Translations under genes and position numbers: made by a program
DNA from: Chiloscyllium plagiosum
Taxonomy: Eukaryota
DNA length: 34,136 nucleotides
Direction: 5' to 3'
Assembly (NCBI RefSeq): GCF_004010195.1
Contig: NC_057718.1
Span: forward strand, 56,663,544 to 56,697,679
Shown: positions 22,987 through 34,136 of the stretch, piece by piece
Layout: every line of letters begins with the position of its first letter
Position numbering within the stretch: the first letter of the stretch is position 1
The notes under the pieces: generated by a model
What the model saw: the letters and a program-made list of their open reading frames with translations, nothing else
Databases searched by the model: none
Told to the model about the DNA's origin: nothing

Positions 22987-23367
22987 AACATAGAATACAG
23001 TACAGAACAGGCCCTTCGGCCCTCAATGTTGCACCGACCCACGAACTATTCTCAGCTCGTCCCCCTACACTATCCCAAAATCATCCATGTGCTTATCTAA
23101 GGATTGTTTAAATCTTCCTAATGCGGCTGAGTTGACTACCTTAGCAAGTAGGGCATTCCACGCCCTTACCACTCTCTGCGTAAAGAACTTGCCTCTGACA
23201 TCTGTCTTAAATCTATCACCCCTCCATTTGTAGTTATGCCCTCTCGTACACACTGACGTCATTATCCTAGGAAAAAGTCTTTCTCTGTCTACCTTATCTA
23301 ATCCTCTGATCATCTTGTATGTCTCTATCAAATCCCCCCTTAGCCTTCTTCTTTCCAATGAGAACAT
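22987..23367 (-). mobile_element. CR1 LINE 3' end (young, 5'-truncated)
   Basis: FSLERRRLRGDLIETYKMIRGLDKVD...FFTQRVVRAWN; tail gagggccgaagggcctgttctgtactgtattctatgtt. Confidence 0.92.
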
Positions 23368-23849
23368 CCAATGTGTTGGGTACACATTTTGAAGTGTTGA
23401 AGAGCTAACACCAGTCCCAAAGTTTCTTTGGAGTTTTCTTCTCTTTAGATAACCATCTTTCATATTTCTTCTTCTATACTCATAGCAGTATCTACCTTCA
23501 GTCTCTTGGTTGCAGTTAAAGTGACAATCTGATCCATGGAAATTTCTTTGTTTCCTTTTTGGACTCATTCTTATGAACCCCATAAATCCCATGGGTTTTC
23601 CCTCAACTTCTAATATTTCAGTGAGTGTTCTCCACCTTGTTACAATGGAAGCACTTCAGCTTCTGATTCTCACTACCAGCCTCATTACTTTTCCTTCTGA
23701 TTTGAGGAAAAGTCCATAGGGCATTCCGAGTTATCCACATCCTACCTTGGCTACTTGCTTTCCTTTCATCCATCCATTTTCTATTATTTTCGAATGGATA
23801 GGGGTGGCAGAAGGCAGAAGGAAGGTTTGGTCTTATGGATTAGTTCAAA

Positions 23850-24280
23850 ATCATCAGCCATTAATTGTGCCTGTCTGGCTCTTGAAAGCCCTTGGTCCTC
23901 AACTTGGGTTCTTATGATGAAAAGTAGTCAGTTTTTAAATTCCTCAAAGAGAATAACCTCTCTAAGAGCTTCATACGTGGTTTCAACTTGAAAAGTTTGT
24001 ATCCACCTGTCAAAATTACTTTGGTGAACAGTTTGAATTCAACATAGGTTTAACCAGGCAGTTTCCTTAAATTCTGGAACCTAGGCTTATATGTTTCGGG
24101 CACTAACTTGTATATAACAAATATAGTTTTCTTTTTAGGCCATAACTCCAAGAAACTCCAACAGCAAAGCATAAATTTCATGCATTTTACCTGTCAACCT
24201 ACTTTGCATTTGCAATGGCCATTGCTCTTTAGCCCAATTAATTTGGCTAGCATTTTTTCAAATGACATGAAACATCCTAA
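23850..24280 (-). pseudogene. Gypsy (Gmr1) gag with SCAN-like capsid domain
   Basis: FEK..INWAKEQWPLQMQSRLTGKMHEIYALL..YKLVPETYKPRFQNLRKLPG*TYVEF..FDRWI..YEALREVILFEEFKN..ARQAQLMADDF. Confidence 0.82.
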
Positions 24281-24404
24281 AGTGATTTCAAATTATGACT
24301 CAGACTCTTCTTACCAGGACGTGCAGTAATCTTTGATGCCACCTGCTTCAACTGCACCATTTTAGACTTATATTAATGTTGCCACATATCCGATATTCCA
24401 CAGG

Positions 24405-24765
24405 GTAATGCATGGCTTAGAAAGGGTGGACGCTGGGAAGATGTTGCCATTATGCGGGGAGACTAGGACCCATGGGCACAGCCTTAAAATTAGACGGGGT
24501 CAATTTAGAACGGAAATGATGAGACACTTCTTCAGCCAGAGAGTGATGGGCCTGTGGAATTCATTGGCACAGAGCGCAGTGGAGGCCAGGACGTTGGCTG
24601 CCTTCAAGGGAGAAATTGATAAATTCTTGACCTCGCAAGGAATTAAGGGCTACAGGGAAGAGTGAGGATCAGTGAAAGTGAAACGTCCATCAGCCATGAT
24701 TAAATGGCGGAGTGGACTCCATGGGCCAAATGGCCTTGCTTCCACACCTATGTCTTATGGTCTTA
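24405..24765 (+). mobile_element. CR1 LINE 3' end
   Basis: GLERVDAGKM..TRTHGHSLKIRRGQFRTEMMRHFFSQRVMGLWNSL; tail tatgtcttatggtctt. Confidence 0.9.
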
Positions 24766-25047
24766 GGAATTGATGCTGGGTCTACTTTTATTTGTCAGTT
24801 ATGGAAATGATTTAGATGAAAATATTGAAGGCATATTAGTAAGTTTGCAGATGACACTAAGATGGATGATATAATAGACAGTGAAGGTTTATCTAAGATT
24901 ATAAACAGACCTTGATCAATTGGGTCAATGCGCTGGAGGATGGAGATTTATTTGGATAAATGCGAGGTATTGCATTTTGGTAAAACAGACAAAGGCAGGA
25001 CTTTGCAATTAAAAGTAGGGCCTTGGGTAGTGTCATAGAACAGAGAG

Positions 25048-25179
25048 GTAAAAACAATGACTGCAGATGCTGGAAACCAGATTCTGGATTAGTGGTGCTG
25101 GAAGAGCACAGCAGTTCAGGCAGCATCCAAGGAGCAGCGAAATCGACGTTTCAGGCAAAAGCCCTTCATCAGGAATAAA
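25048..25179 (-). mobile_element. Short Penelope pLTR insertion with hammerhead motif and 15-bp TSD
   Basis: Minus: CTGATGA-A-GGGC TTTT GCCT-GAAAC-GTC; TSD tcatagaac(a/t)gagag at 25033-25047 and 25180-25194. Confidence 0.85.
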
Positions 25180-25437
25180 TCATAGAACTGAGAGACCTAG
25201 GGATTCAGGTAAATAATTTTTTGAAGTATCACCTATAGCTAGGGTGGTTAAGGTGATGTTTAGCACACTTGCCTTCATTGCTCAGACCTTTGAATATAAG
25301 AGTTGGGACATTATGTTGAGGTTGTACAGGATGTTGATTGGATCACTTTTGGTGTACCACCTGCAGTTCTGGTCACACTGTTTTAGGAAAGATATTATTA
25401 AGCTAAAGAGGGCTCGGAAGAGATTCACCAGGATGTT

Positions 25438-25657
25438 AGGAGAAAGTGAGGACTGCAGATGCTGGAGATCAGAGTCGGGATTGTGGTGTTGGAAATACAC
25501 AGCAGGTCAGGCAGCATTCGAATAACAGGAGAATCGATGTTTCAGGCATGAGCCCTTCATTTCTGATGAAGGGCTTGTGCCCAAAACTTCAATTCTCCTG
25601 CTCCTCGGATGCTGCCTGACCTGCTGTGCTTTTCCAGCATCACAATCTCAGCTCCAT
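25438..25657. mobile_element. Palindromic (inverted-duplicated) Penelope pLTR insertion with a perfect 15-bp TSD
   Basis: Arms invert around 25560 (agcccttcat ttctg atgaagggct); TSD attcaccaggatgtt at 25423-25437 and 25658-25672. Confidence 0.88.
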
Positions 25658-27399
25658 ATTCACCAGGATGTTGTCAGGAACGAAGAGTTTGAGTTATAAG
25701 GAGAGACTGGATAGGTTGGGACTTTTCACTAGAGCATAGAGGTTGAGGGGTAATCTTATGGAGGGGTATGATAAGGTGAATGGCTGGAATCTTTTTCCCT
25801 AGGTGGGAGATTTCAAGACAACAGGGCATATTTTTAAGGTGAGAAGAGAAAGATCTAAAAAGAACAAGGGGCTTTTTGTTGTTTTAAACACAGAGTGGTT
25901 CGTGTGTGAAATGGACTTACAGAGGAAGTGGTGGATATGGGTACAGTCTCAAAATTTTAAACATGTTTCGATAAGTACATGAATAAGAAATGCTTAGAGG
26001 GACATGGGCCAAGAAAAGGCAGGTGGGACAAGTTTCATTTGGGATTATGATCAGCATGGACTGGTTGGACCGAATGATCTGTTTCCAAGTTGTCTGACTC
26101 GATGACTCTGTTTTTTTTTACATTTCTAATTCTAGTTTCCATATATTAATTTTCTTTCTTAATATTTCCATAGCTGCTGTCCACTGCTTTTCTTTCTTTG
26201 CATCCGTCCCAATTAAGGATCCTTAACTTCCCTTCGAAGTGTTTGAGGCAGACCTGGAAGATTCCGCCATTAGGATTCATTTACTAATACCTGTTGTTTG
26301 AGCACTAGCACCTAATAACCACTGAAGGAAAATGTGGATAGGTGGAGAACATTAGTAATAATGACTCTTTTGTGACAGTGTGAAAGCGATATTGATGCAG
26401 CTACACACTATACATCTCTCTCAGTTTTAATTTACTTTCAAAGACAGTAATAACCACTATGTAGTAGTCTTCATCGGATATCCTAACATGGTGAAACCTG
26501 AGGAAACTTATTTCTGTAGACCAGAGCTCATGTTATTCATTGCAACATTCAAAGCATTCCTGAAAAGAAAATTTTGGGTACTGTACACAGTACTCATATG
26601 TTTAGCACAGCCTTTCAGTTTTATTCCTCTGAGGAAGAATCCCAGTACATTACTTGAATTTTTATGACTTTGTGAACCTATGTTGAGGTGGTACTGTGGT
26701 GCAAGGAATAGCATTCATAATGTGACCAAACAAGTAAATTATCAAACTATAAATCCTTCCAATTGCTACGGCAGTTAGTAGGAGCAGGACTCTCCTGCTC
26801 ATCTAAGCTTGTTACACAGTAGAGCCCCTTAAACATACAGGCTGGCGAACTGTTCCTGGAAAATCAAGTCATAGAAAGAGACAGAACACAAGTTTTGTCT
26901 GCCTTTTCTGCCACAAACATCTCATGTACTTCAAATTATAATTAAAACTGTACCCCTGGATTTGTTTACTTTCTTTCCAGATAGATACTTGGATCTTCAT
27001 TGAAAATTAGGAATCTTTTCTTTAACATTTACCACTGATAAAATATTGTTTTATCTTTTAAAACTATTTTCCCAGATCACTTTAGCTAAATCTGTCCTCA
27101 TATTTAAATATAGGCAGTTACAAAGTTAAGGTACTAGGTTTCACCTGCCACTTCTTATTTTCAAACTGAATGTGAACTTTTGTCATACTATTACTACTCT
27201 TCCCTAGAAAATCCTTTACTATGAGACAATTAATTACCCAGACTCATTACACATGACTGAATCAAAAATATCACGTCCTGTCAGTTCTGCAACTTAAGAA
27301 ACTGTCCGATATATACTCTTGTGGACCTGTCCTTATGGCTACCTTTGCCCATATAGTCAATCTTACCTTTATGAAAATTGACATCTCCCATAATGTTCA

Positions 27400-28370
27400 A
27401 AGTATTTTTCTTAAAAGCCCCCATTGTTTCTTGGTTTATACTCTATCCTACAAAGCAGCTGTTGTTAGGGGGTCTATAGACTACTCCCATCAGTGACATT
27501 TCCCTTGCTTTAAGTGACTTTACATTTTGATTTTCCAAGACAAGATCACTTCTCGATACTGCAGTTATCGCAAATACATAGTTAGCTGAGCTTTCTCAGC
27601 TATTTTACTTTCTGCCTAACCTTCTGAAACATCAAGTATAGTGAATACTTAGGTCCTAGATCTTTTTCATTCCAATGTCTATTATGTCATACCGATTTAT
27701 TTCTATTTGTGCCACCAATTCATCTTGTGTCAAAGGACATGTATATTCAATAAAGAATTGTTATTTTTATCTTCTTCCAGTTTTCTTTGTTCTGACCTGA
27801 TGGTCTCATGTAAGAACATAAGAAAAATAGAGGAGGCTATTTGGCCCTGCAAACCTGTCCATCCATTCAAAAAGATCATGGTCGAATTGCACCAGATTTC
27901 GTTCCTCTTTTGTGCCAGCTCATCAAAGCCATCAACTCCCTAAAATTTATAAAAAATCTGTCTCCTCTTTAAATAGATTATGATCTTCCCTGCACAACTC
28001 TCTGGGGATGGAGAATTCTAGATATCTTATTTTTAAATAAGAGTTTCCCATCGAATATGTCCCCTAGATTGACATTATCCCACTAGTGGACATTTTTTCT
28101 CCATCTAATCTGTCAAGTCCCCTCGGAATCTTGCATGATTCAATGCAATGACCCCACATTCAAACAAATAAAGGCTAAACCTACTTAGCTGTTTTTGATA
28201 AGTCAATCTCTTCAACTCAGGGGTCACTTTTGAACAGCCTCTAATGTCAGTTTGTCCTGTTTTTACACGGACTCAGTACTCTAGGTGTGGCCTCACCAAC
28301 ACCTTCTACCATTGTAACAAGACTTTTATCTCCAATTGCCTATCAATAAATGTCAAAATTATATTTGCCT
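27400..28370 (-). mobile_element. Old CR1 fragments (minus strand)
   Basis: aagaacataagaaaaataga 3' tail at about 27812; actcagtactctaggtgtggcctcaccaa (LVRPHLEY); ggggtctatagactactcccat (endonuclease GVVYRP). Confidence 0.65.
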
Positions 28371-28895
28371 CAAGGTTTGCGTAAAGATTTGTAGCTCAGG
28401 TTCTAGTTGCTGTGGTTGTAGGTACATTTGCCAAGCTGCGAAGTTGATTTGCAGACGTTTCGTCCCTGTCTAGTTGACATCTCCAGTGCTTTGAAGCCTC
28501 CAATGAAGCGCTGCTGTACTGTGTCTTCAGGAATTTATTTGGTTTCATTCCTTCTGCTTTCAATTGCCAGTTCCAGTAGTTTGTTGTAGTGGCCGGTATA
28601 TTGGGTCTAGGTCTATGTATTTGTTGATGGAGTCCGTGGATGAGTGCCATGCTTTTAGAAATTCTCTGGCTGTCCTCTGTTTAAGTTGTCATATGCTCAT
28701 TGTGTTGTCTCAGTTGAATTTGTGGTCCTTGTCATCTGTGTGTATGGCTACTAGGGATAGCTGGTCGTGGCATTTAGTGGCTTATTGGTGTTCATGCATG
28801 CGGATTGCTAGTTGTCTTACTCTTTGTCCTATATAGTGTTTCGTGCAGTCTTGGTATGGAATTTTGTAAATTAGGTTAGTCTTGCACATGATGGG
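28370..28895 (-). mobile_element. Penelope/Poseidon-type element 3' fragment with GIY-YIG domain and hammerhead motif
   Basis: TNLIYKIPYQDCTKHYIGQ..RMHEH..REFLKAWHS..INKYIDLDPIY; hammerhead gca-CTGGAGA-t-gtc..gac-GAAAC-GTC-tgc at 28451-28489. Confidence 0.88.
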
Positions 28896-30600
28896 TCTTG
28901 ACAGGGTAGCTATAGAGAGGATATTTCCTCTTATGGGAGAATTTAGCACTAGGGGATCAATGTTTAAAAATCAGGCTTAAAATAGAGATTAGGAGAATCT
29001 CTCTCACAAGGTCACGAGCTTTTGAAGCTCTCTTCTGAAAAGGTTGTGGAAGAGTCCTTGAATATTTTTAAGGTGGAGGTAGACATATTCTTGTTAAACA
29101 AGGGGCTGAAAGATTATCAGGAATAGGCAGGAATGTGCATTTAAGGTTGTAATCAGAACAACCATTATCTTGGTAAATGGCGGAACAGATTCAAAAGATA
29201 GAATGGCCTGTTGCTGTTGTGAATGTTTCAAATGTAAAGTATAGCAAGCCTAAGGACTAGGAGCTGTTTAGAATTCAGCAAAGGAGGGCCAAGAAATTGA
29301 CTGAAAGGAAAAATGGAGTTTGACAGTAAACTTGTAAGCATTGTAAAAGTGGATTATAAGGGTTTCTTTCTGTACATAAAAGGAAAGTAATTAGAGAAGA
29401 CATGTTAACCCCTTACAGTCTGAAATAAGATAACTGATACTAAAAAAAAGGATATGGCACAACCATTAAACAACTTATTGGGTTCTGTATTGACAGAAGA
29501 CACAAATAACTTCCTAGAATACTCGGGAAACAAAGCTCTATTGGGAAGGAGAATTTTATGGAAGTTAGTATCAGTTTAAAAAAATGCTGGAGAAATTAAT
29601 GGGACTGGAACTTGTTAAATCCCCAAGACCTGATAATCTACATTCCAGAGTATTAAAGGATGTGACCGTGGAAATAGTAGCTGCTTCAAACATTTTGTAG
29701 ACTCTGGAACAGTCCTGACAGTTTGGAGGGTGGCTTTTGTAATTATTTAAAGGAGGAAAGACAAAACAGGACATTAGATTAGATTAGATTACTTACAGTG
29801 TGGAAACAGGCCCTTCGGCCCAACAAGTCCACACTGACCCGCCGAAGCGAAACCCACCCATACCCCGACATTTACCCCTTACCTAACACTACTGGCAATT
29901 TAGCATGGCCAATTCACTTGACCTGCACATCTTTGGACTGTGGGAGGAAACCGGAGCACCCGGAGGAAACCCACGCAGACACGGGGAGAATGTGCAAACT
30001 CCACACAGTCAGTCGCCTGAGTCGGGAATTGAACCCGGGTCTCATGGCGCTGTGAGGCAGCAGTGCTAACCACTGTGCCACCGTGCCGCCCAACATTACA
30101 GAACAGTTAGCCTAACATCAGAAGTCGGAAAATATGAAGTCATTATAAAGGATGTGCTAACAGGATACTTAGATAATACCAACGGGAAAACACAAACTTA
30201 ACATGAATTTATGAAAGGGAAATCATGTTAGATCAATTTACTGAAAGCTTTTGAAGACATAACTAATAAAATTAATGAGCGAGAACAGATGGATGTGGCA
30301 TATTTGGATAATCAGACAGCTATTATAAATTTCCATGTAAGAGATAAGTGTGGAAAATCAAAGTCCCTGGGACTGATGGTAATATACTGAAATGGTGTGA
30401 GAACAGGATGGGTGCAGGAGACAAAGATTTGGAATAAAGAGATCTTTTTAGAGGGGAAGGCAGTGTCAATGGGATACTGCAGGGATCAGTGCTTGAACTC
30501 CAGTTATTCTCAATCTCTATCAATGATTTGGATTATGGAATCAAATGTAATATTTTCAAGTGCTGATGATACAAAATAGGTAGGATTGGGAGCGGGGAAG
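28896..30600 (+). mobile_element. CR1 LINE fragments (3' end, then ORF2 linker/RT with deletions)
   Basis: KSPRPDNLHSRVLKDV; tttatgaaagggaaatcatg (FMKGKSC); ADDTK; interrupted by an HE1 SINE. Confidence 0.8.
29777..30091 (-). mobile_element. Full-length HE1-type V-SINE
   Basis: A-box gtggcacagtggttagc, B-box gggttcaattccc, V-domain tggagtttgcacattctccccgtgtctgcgtgggtttcctccgggtgctccggtttcctcccaca, CR1-like tail with (tctaa)n, TSD acatta. Confidence 0.93.
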
Positions 30601-30607
30601 TGTATGT

Positions 30608-31335
30608 GTGGCGCTGGAAAAGTTCAGCAGGTCAAGCAGCATCCGAGGATCAGAAGAGTCAACGTTTCGAGCATAAGTCCTTCATTGGGAATGTGGAGGG
30701 CTAAGGGCTGAGGATAAATAGGGAGTTGGGGTGAGGTTATTGTGGGGTGGGGTGGGGGTGGGGGCGAGGGAGTGAAGGTAGCTGGGAAGACTCTAGGGTG
30801 GGGGAGGGTAATTGTGATAGGTCAGTAGGGAGGGTGGAACAGATAGATAGGAAGGAAGCTGGCCAGGTAGGAGAAGTCAAGAGGGCATTGCTGAGTTGGA
30901 GGGTTGGATCTTGGATGAGGTTGTGGCGGGGGGGTGGGAGAGAGAGGGAAGATTTGGAAACTGATGAAGTCAATGTTGATGCCGTGTGGTTGAAGGGTCC
31001 CAACCCTGAAGATGAGGCATTTTTCCTCCAGCTAGCGGGTGGATTTGATTTGGTAATGGAGGAGGTCCAGGACTTGCAAGTCCTTGGGTGTGTAGGAGGT
31101 GCAGTTGAAGTGGTTGGTCACAGGGCAGTAGGGTTTTTTGGTGTGTGTGTCCCACAGATGTTCCCCGAAATGCTCCGTGTGTTGGACTCCTGTCTCCCCA
31201 ATGTAGAGGAGACAATATCGAAAGCAACAGACGCAGTAGATTAGGTGGTTGGATGTGCAGGAACATCTTTGCTGGATGTAAAATATCCTTTGAGGCCTTG
31301 GACGTGTGGTGGCACGGGAAGGTGCTGGTTGTGGT
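30608..31335 (-). mobile_element. Penelope-like element 3' fragment (GIY-YIG end, pLTR, degenerate hammerhead)
   Basis: Homologous to 32917-33700; minus LYIGET..FREHL..EEKCLIFRVGTLQPHGINIDF. Confidence 0.85.
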
Positions 31336-32090
31336 GGGTGGGTGTAAATGGTGCCAGTCGATCCATTTGATCCGATAGGATTCGCAACCTATGGCATTTA
31401 TTGGAGATATACTCCTCAGTAACCCATAAACTCTCCCTAAACTCCCACGTCCGACAAGAGCAGCATATCACTCTACTAAAGGCCATTTTTTGCTCCTTCA
31501 TAATCTACAGACCCAGAAAATAGCCCCATCTTATTTCTCTACAAAACACTGCTCCAGGTTAAATTAATAGTTATGGCTTATGTTTTACGTTTAATCAAGA
31601 GACATATCTCAATAAAACAAATAATTAAGAAAGAACTCACTCTACTCACTACTGCAGACTTAATGTAAGACCACGCTTAAATATTTACTGTTCTGTGCTG
31701 TGATCTCTCCCAAACAGGTTCCTCCAAGATTAGTTTTGAATTTCACTGTTTGTTAATTTGCCCAGACTCACTCCGATGTCCAGCGATACATGAATTCAAA
31801 CAGCAAAGGCAGTAACTGTGAAGGTTCACTGCTGTGTCAGTTTTTTTTTCCTGTCTCTCTCTCTCTCGCTTCTGCACTGACCTCACCATGTGCTTCCTTT
31901 GTCTGTTCCTCTCCAAAGTACTGTTGTTTTGACTTTTATTTTTCTCCAAAGTCCCAAAACAATGCAACAGCAGATAACTCAGTAATTGCTGTTCCTGGAA
32001 TTTGAGGAAATTATCTCCAACACCTAAAATACCTCAAAAAATGAGCAGCTATTACAACCAGAAATTTTTCCCTTCCTCCATCTTGGAACT
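31336..32090 (-). mobile_element. CR1 5' UTR and ORF1 N-terminal zinc-finger fragment
   Basis: MAFSRVICCSCRTWEFRE..EEYISNKC..L fits the CR1 ORF1 zinc-finger/leucine-zipper start (ATG at 31486). Confidence 0.65.
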
Positions 32091-32095
32091 ACATT

Positions 32096-32916
32096 GATGG
32101 ACAGGACTGGTAGCTTAATGTTCCAGGACACAAATACTACAGGAAGGAAAGAAGGGAGGCAAGCGAGGAGGGGGAGCGGCCTTTTTGGTAAGGTATAGCA
32201 TTACAGGAGTACTGAGGGAGGACATTCCCAGAAATACATCCAGGGAAGTTATTTTGGGTGGAACTGAGAAATAAGAAAGAGATGATCACCTTATTGGGAT
32301 TGTATTATAGACCCCTAAATAGTCAGAGGAAAATTGAGAAACATATTTGTAAGGAGATCTCTGAGTTATCTGTAAGAATAATAGGGTGGTTATGGTAGGG
32401 GATTTTAACTTTCCAAACATAGACTGGGATTGCAAAGTGTTAAGGATTTAGATAGAGAAGAATTTGTTAAGTGTATACAAGCAAGTTTTCTGATTCAGTA
32501 TGTGAATGTACCTGCTAGAGAAGGTATAAAACTTGACCTACTCTTGGGAAATAAGGCAGGGTAGGTGACTGAGGTGTCAGTGGGGGAGCACTTTGGGGCC
32601 AGCGATCATAATTCTATTAGATTTAAAGTAGTGATGGAAAAGGATAGACCATTTCTAAAAGTTGAAGCTCTAAATTGGAGAAAGGCCAATTGTGACAGTA
32701 ATAGGCAAGAACTTTCAAAACTGATTGGGGGCAGATGTTCACAGGTAAAGGGACAGCTGGAAAATGGGAAACCTTCAGAAATGAGGTAAAGGGAGTCCAG
32801 CAAAAGCATATTCCTATTAGGGTGAAAGGAAAGGCTGGTAGGTATAGGGAATGCTGGATGGCTAAAGAAATTGAGGGTTTGGTTAAGAAAAAGAAGGAGA
32901 CATGTGTCAGGTATAG
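32096..32916 (+). mobile_element. CR1 ORF2 APE endonuclease fragment
   Basis: WVELRNKK..LLGLYYRP; VMVGDFNFPNIDW; LDLLLGN; GEHFGASDHNSIRF. Confidence 0.9.
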
Positions 32917-34136
32917 GATTCTGGATTAGTGGTGCTGGAAGAACACAGCAGTTCAAGCAGCATCTCAGGAGCAGTAAAATCGACTTTTCGGGCAAAAGCC
33001 CTCAGGAATACAGGCAGAGAGCCTGAAGTGTGGAGAGATAAGTGAGAGGAGGGTGGAGGTGGGAGAAAGTAGCATAGAGTACAATAGGTGAGTGGGGGAG
33101 GGAATGAAGGTGATAGGTCAGGAGCGGGTGGAGTGGATAGGCGAAAAAGAAGATAGGCAGGTAGGACAAGTCATGGGACAGTGCTGAGCTGGGAGTTTGG
33201 AACTTGGGTGAGGTGGGGGAAGGGGAAATGAGGAAACTGTTGAAGTCCACATTGATGCCCTGGGGTTGAAGTGTTCCGAGGCGGAAGATGAGGCGTTCTT
33301 CCTCCAGGCGTCTGGTGGTGAGGGAGCGGCAGTGAAGGAGGCCCAGGACCTCAATGTCCTCGGCAGAGTGGGAGAGGGAGTTGAAATGTGGGCCACAGGG
33401 CGGTGTGGTTGATTGGTGCGGGTGTCCTGGAGATGTTCCCTAAAGCACTCTGCTAGGAGGCGTCCAGTCTCCCCAATGAAGAGGAGACCGCATCAGGAGC
33501 AACAGATACAATAAATGATATCGGTGGATTTGCAGGTAAAACTTTGATGGATGTGGAAGGTTCCTTTAGGGCCTTGGATGGAGGTGACGGAGGAGGTGTG
33601 GGCACAGGTTTTACAGTTCCTGCGGTGGCAGGGGAAGGTGCCAGGACGGGAGGGTGGGTTGTAGGGGGGTGTGGACCTGACCAGGTGGTCACGGAGGGAA
33701 CGGTCTTTGCAGAAGGCGGAAAGGAGTGGGGAGAGAAATGTATCCCTGGTGATGGGGTCTTTTTGGAGGTGGCGGAAATGTCGGCGGATGATTTGGTTTA
33801 TGCGAAGGTTGGTAGGGTGGAAGGTGAGCACCAGGGGCGTTCTGTCCTTGTTACGGTTGGAGGGGTGGGGTTTGAGGGCAGAATGTGTACGAGATGTGTT
33901 GGAGGGCACCTTTAACCACATGGGAAGGGAAACTGCGGTCTCTAAAGAAAGAGGTCATCTGGTGTGTTCTGTGGTGGAACTGGTCCTCCTGGGAGCAGAT
34001 ACAGTGGAGGCGGAGGAATTGGGAATACGGGATGGCATTTTTGCAAGAGGTAGGGTGGGAAGAGGTGTAATCCAGGTAGCTGTGGGAGTTGGTGGGTTTG
34101 TAAAAAATGTCAGTGTCAAGTCGGTTGTCATTAATG
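32917..34136 (-). mobile_element. Penelope-like retroelement (RT C-terminus, linker, GIY-YIG, pLTR); runs off the window end
   Basis: PLVLTFHP..GTFPCHRRNCKTC..FTCKSTDIIYCICCS*CGLLFIGETGR; SYLDYTSSHP..CKNAIPYSQFLR at the right edge; hammerhead core partly deleted at about 33000. Confidence 0.92.

Larger units (their letters stand above)
24770..26110 (+). mobile_element. CR1 LINE RT/3' fragment hosting two Penelope pLTR insertions
   Basis: SKFADDTK; KCEVLHFG; MLRLYRMLI..LQFWS; tail ggaccgaatgatctgtttcc...tgactcgatgactc. Confidence 0.9.
21968..26377 (-). mobile_element. Decayed Gmr1-type Gypsy LTR retrotransposon, interrupted by CR1 and Penelope insertions
   Basis: SCAN-like gag remnant (about 23850-24280); RNase H C-terminus DHNPLPFIEK...KENVIMDALSQM* (22816-22965), followed by an LTR-like region (about 21968-22627). 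Confidence 0.7.

Noticed and set aside
23065..23592. 175-aa ORF as a novel gene
   Set aside because: Chance fusion of decayed Gypsy gag sequence with a CR1 3' end inserted in the same orientation.
30020..30091. tRNA gene
   Set aside because: The A/B boxes belong to the HE1 SINE head; no complete cloverleaf or terminator.
31241..31501. Chimeric zinc-finger ORF
   Set aside because: Junction of a CR1 ORF1 fragment with a Penelope fragment; no support for function.

Overview
Eukaryotic genomic DNA, most likely from a cartilaginous fish (shark): it carries a HE1-type V-SINE, shark-type CR1 LINEs and Penelope elements. The window is mostly intronic sequence of the minus-strand gene CCDC88A (Girdin/GIV). 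Three C-terminal coding exons are recognisable (21027-21101, 9845-9925, 3381-3658); the last contains the GBA motif SPGSEVVTLQQFLEESN. Two frame-preserving candidate cassette exons (18 nt and 57 nt) flank the 81-nt exon. The introns hold a 5.6-kb env-less epsilon-like endogenous retrovirus with both LTRs (about 96% identical by manual alignment) whose protease and RT catalytic motifs are deleted. They also hold solo LTRs, a decayed Gmr1-type Gypsy element (SCAN-like gag), a decayed Harbinger transposon, many CR1 fragments, and several Penelope-like elements carrying minimal hammerhead ribozyme motifs. One LINE appears to have a single ORF and a tRNA-derived SINE-like 5' head. All family calls come from manual reading and recalled consensus motifs; no database search was run.
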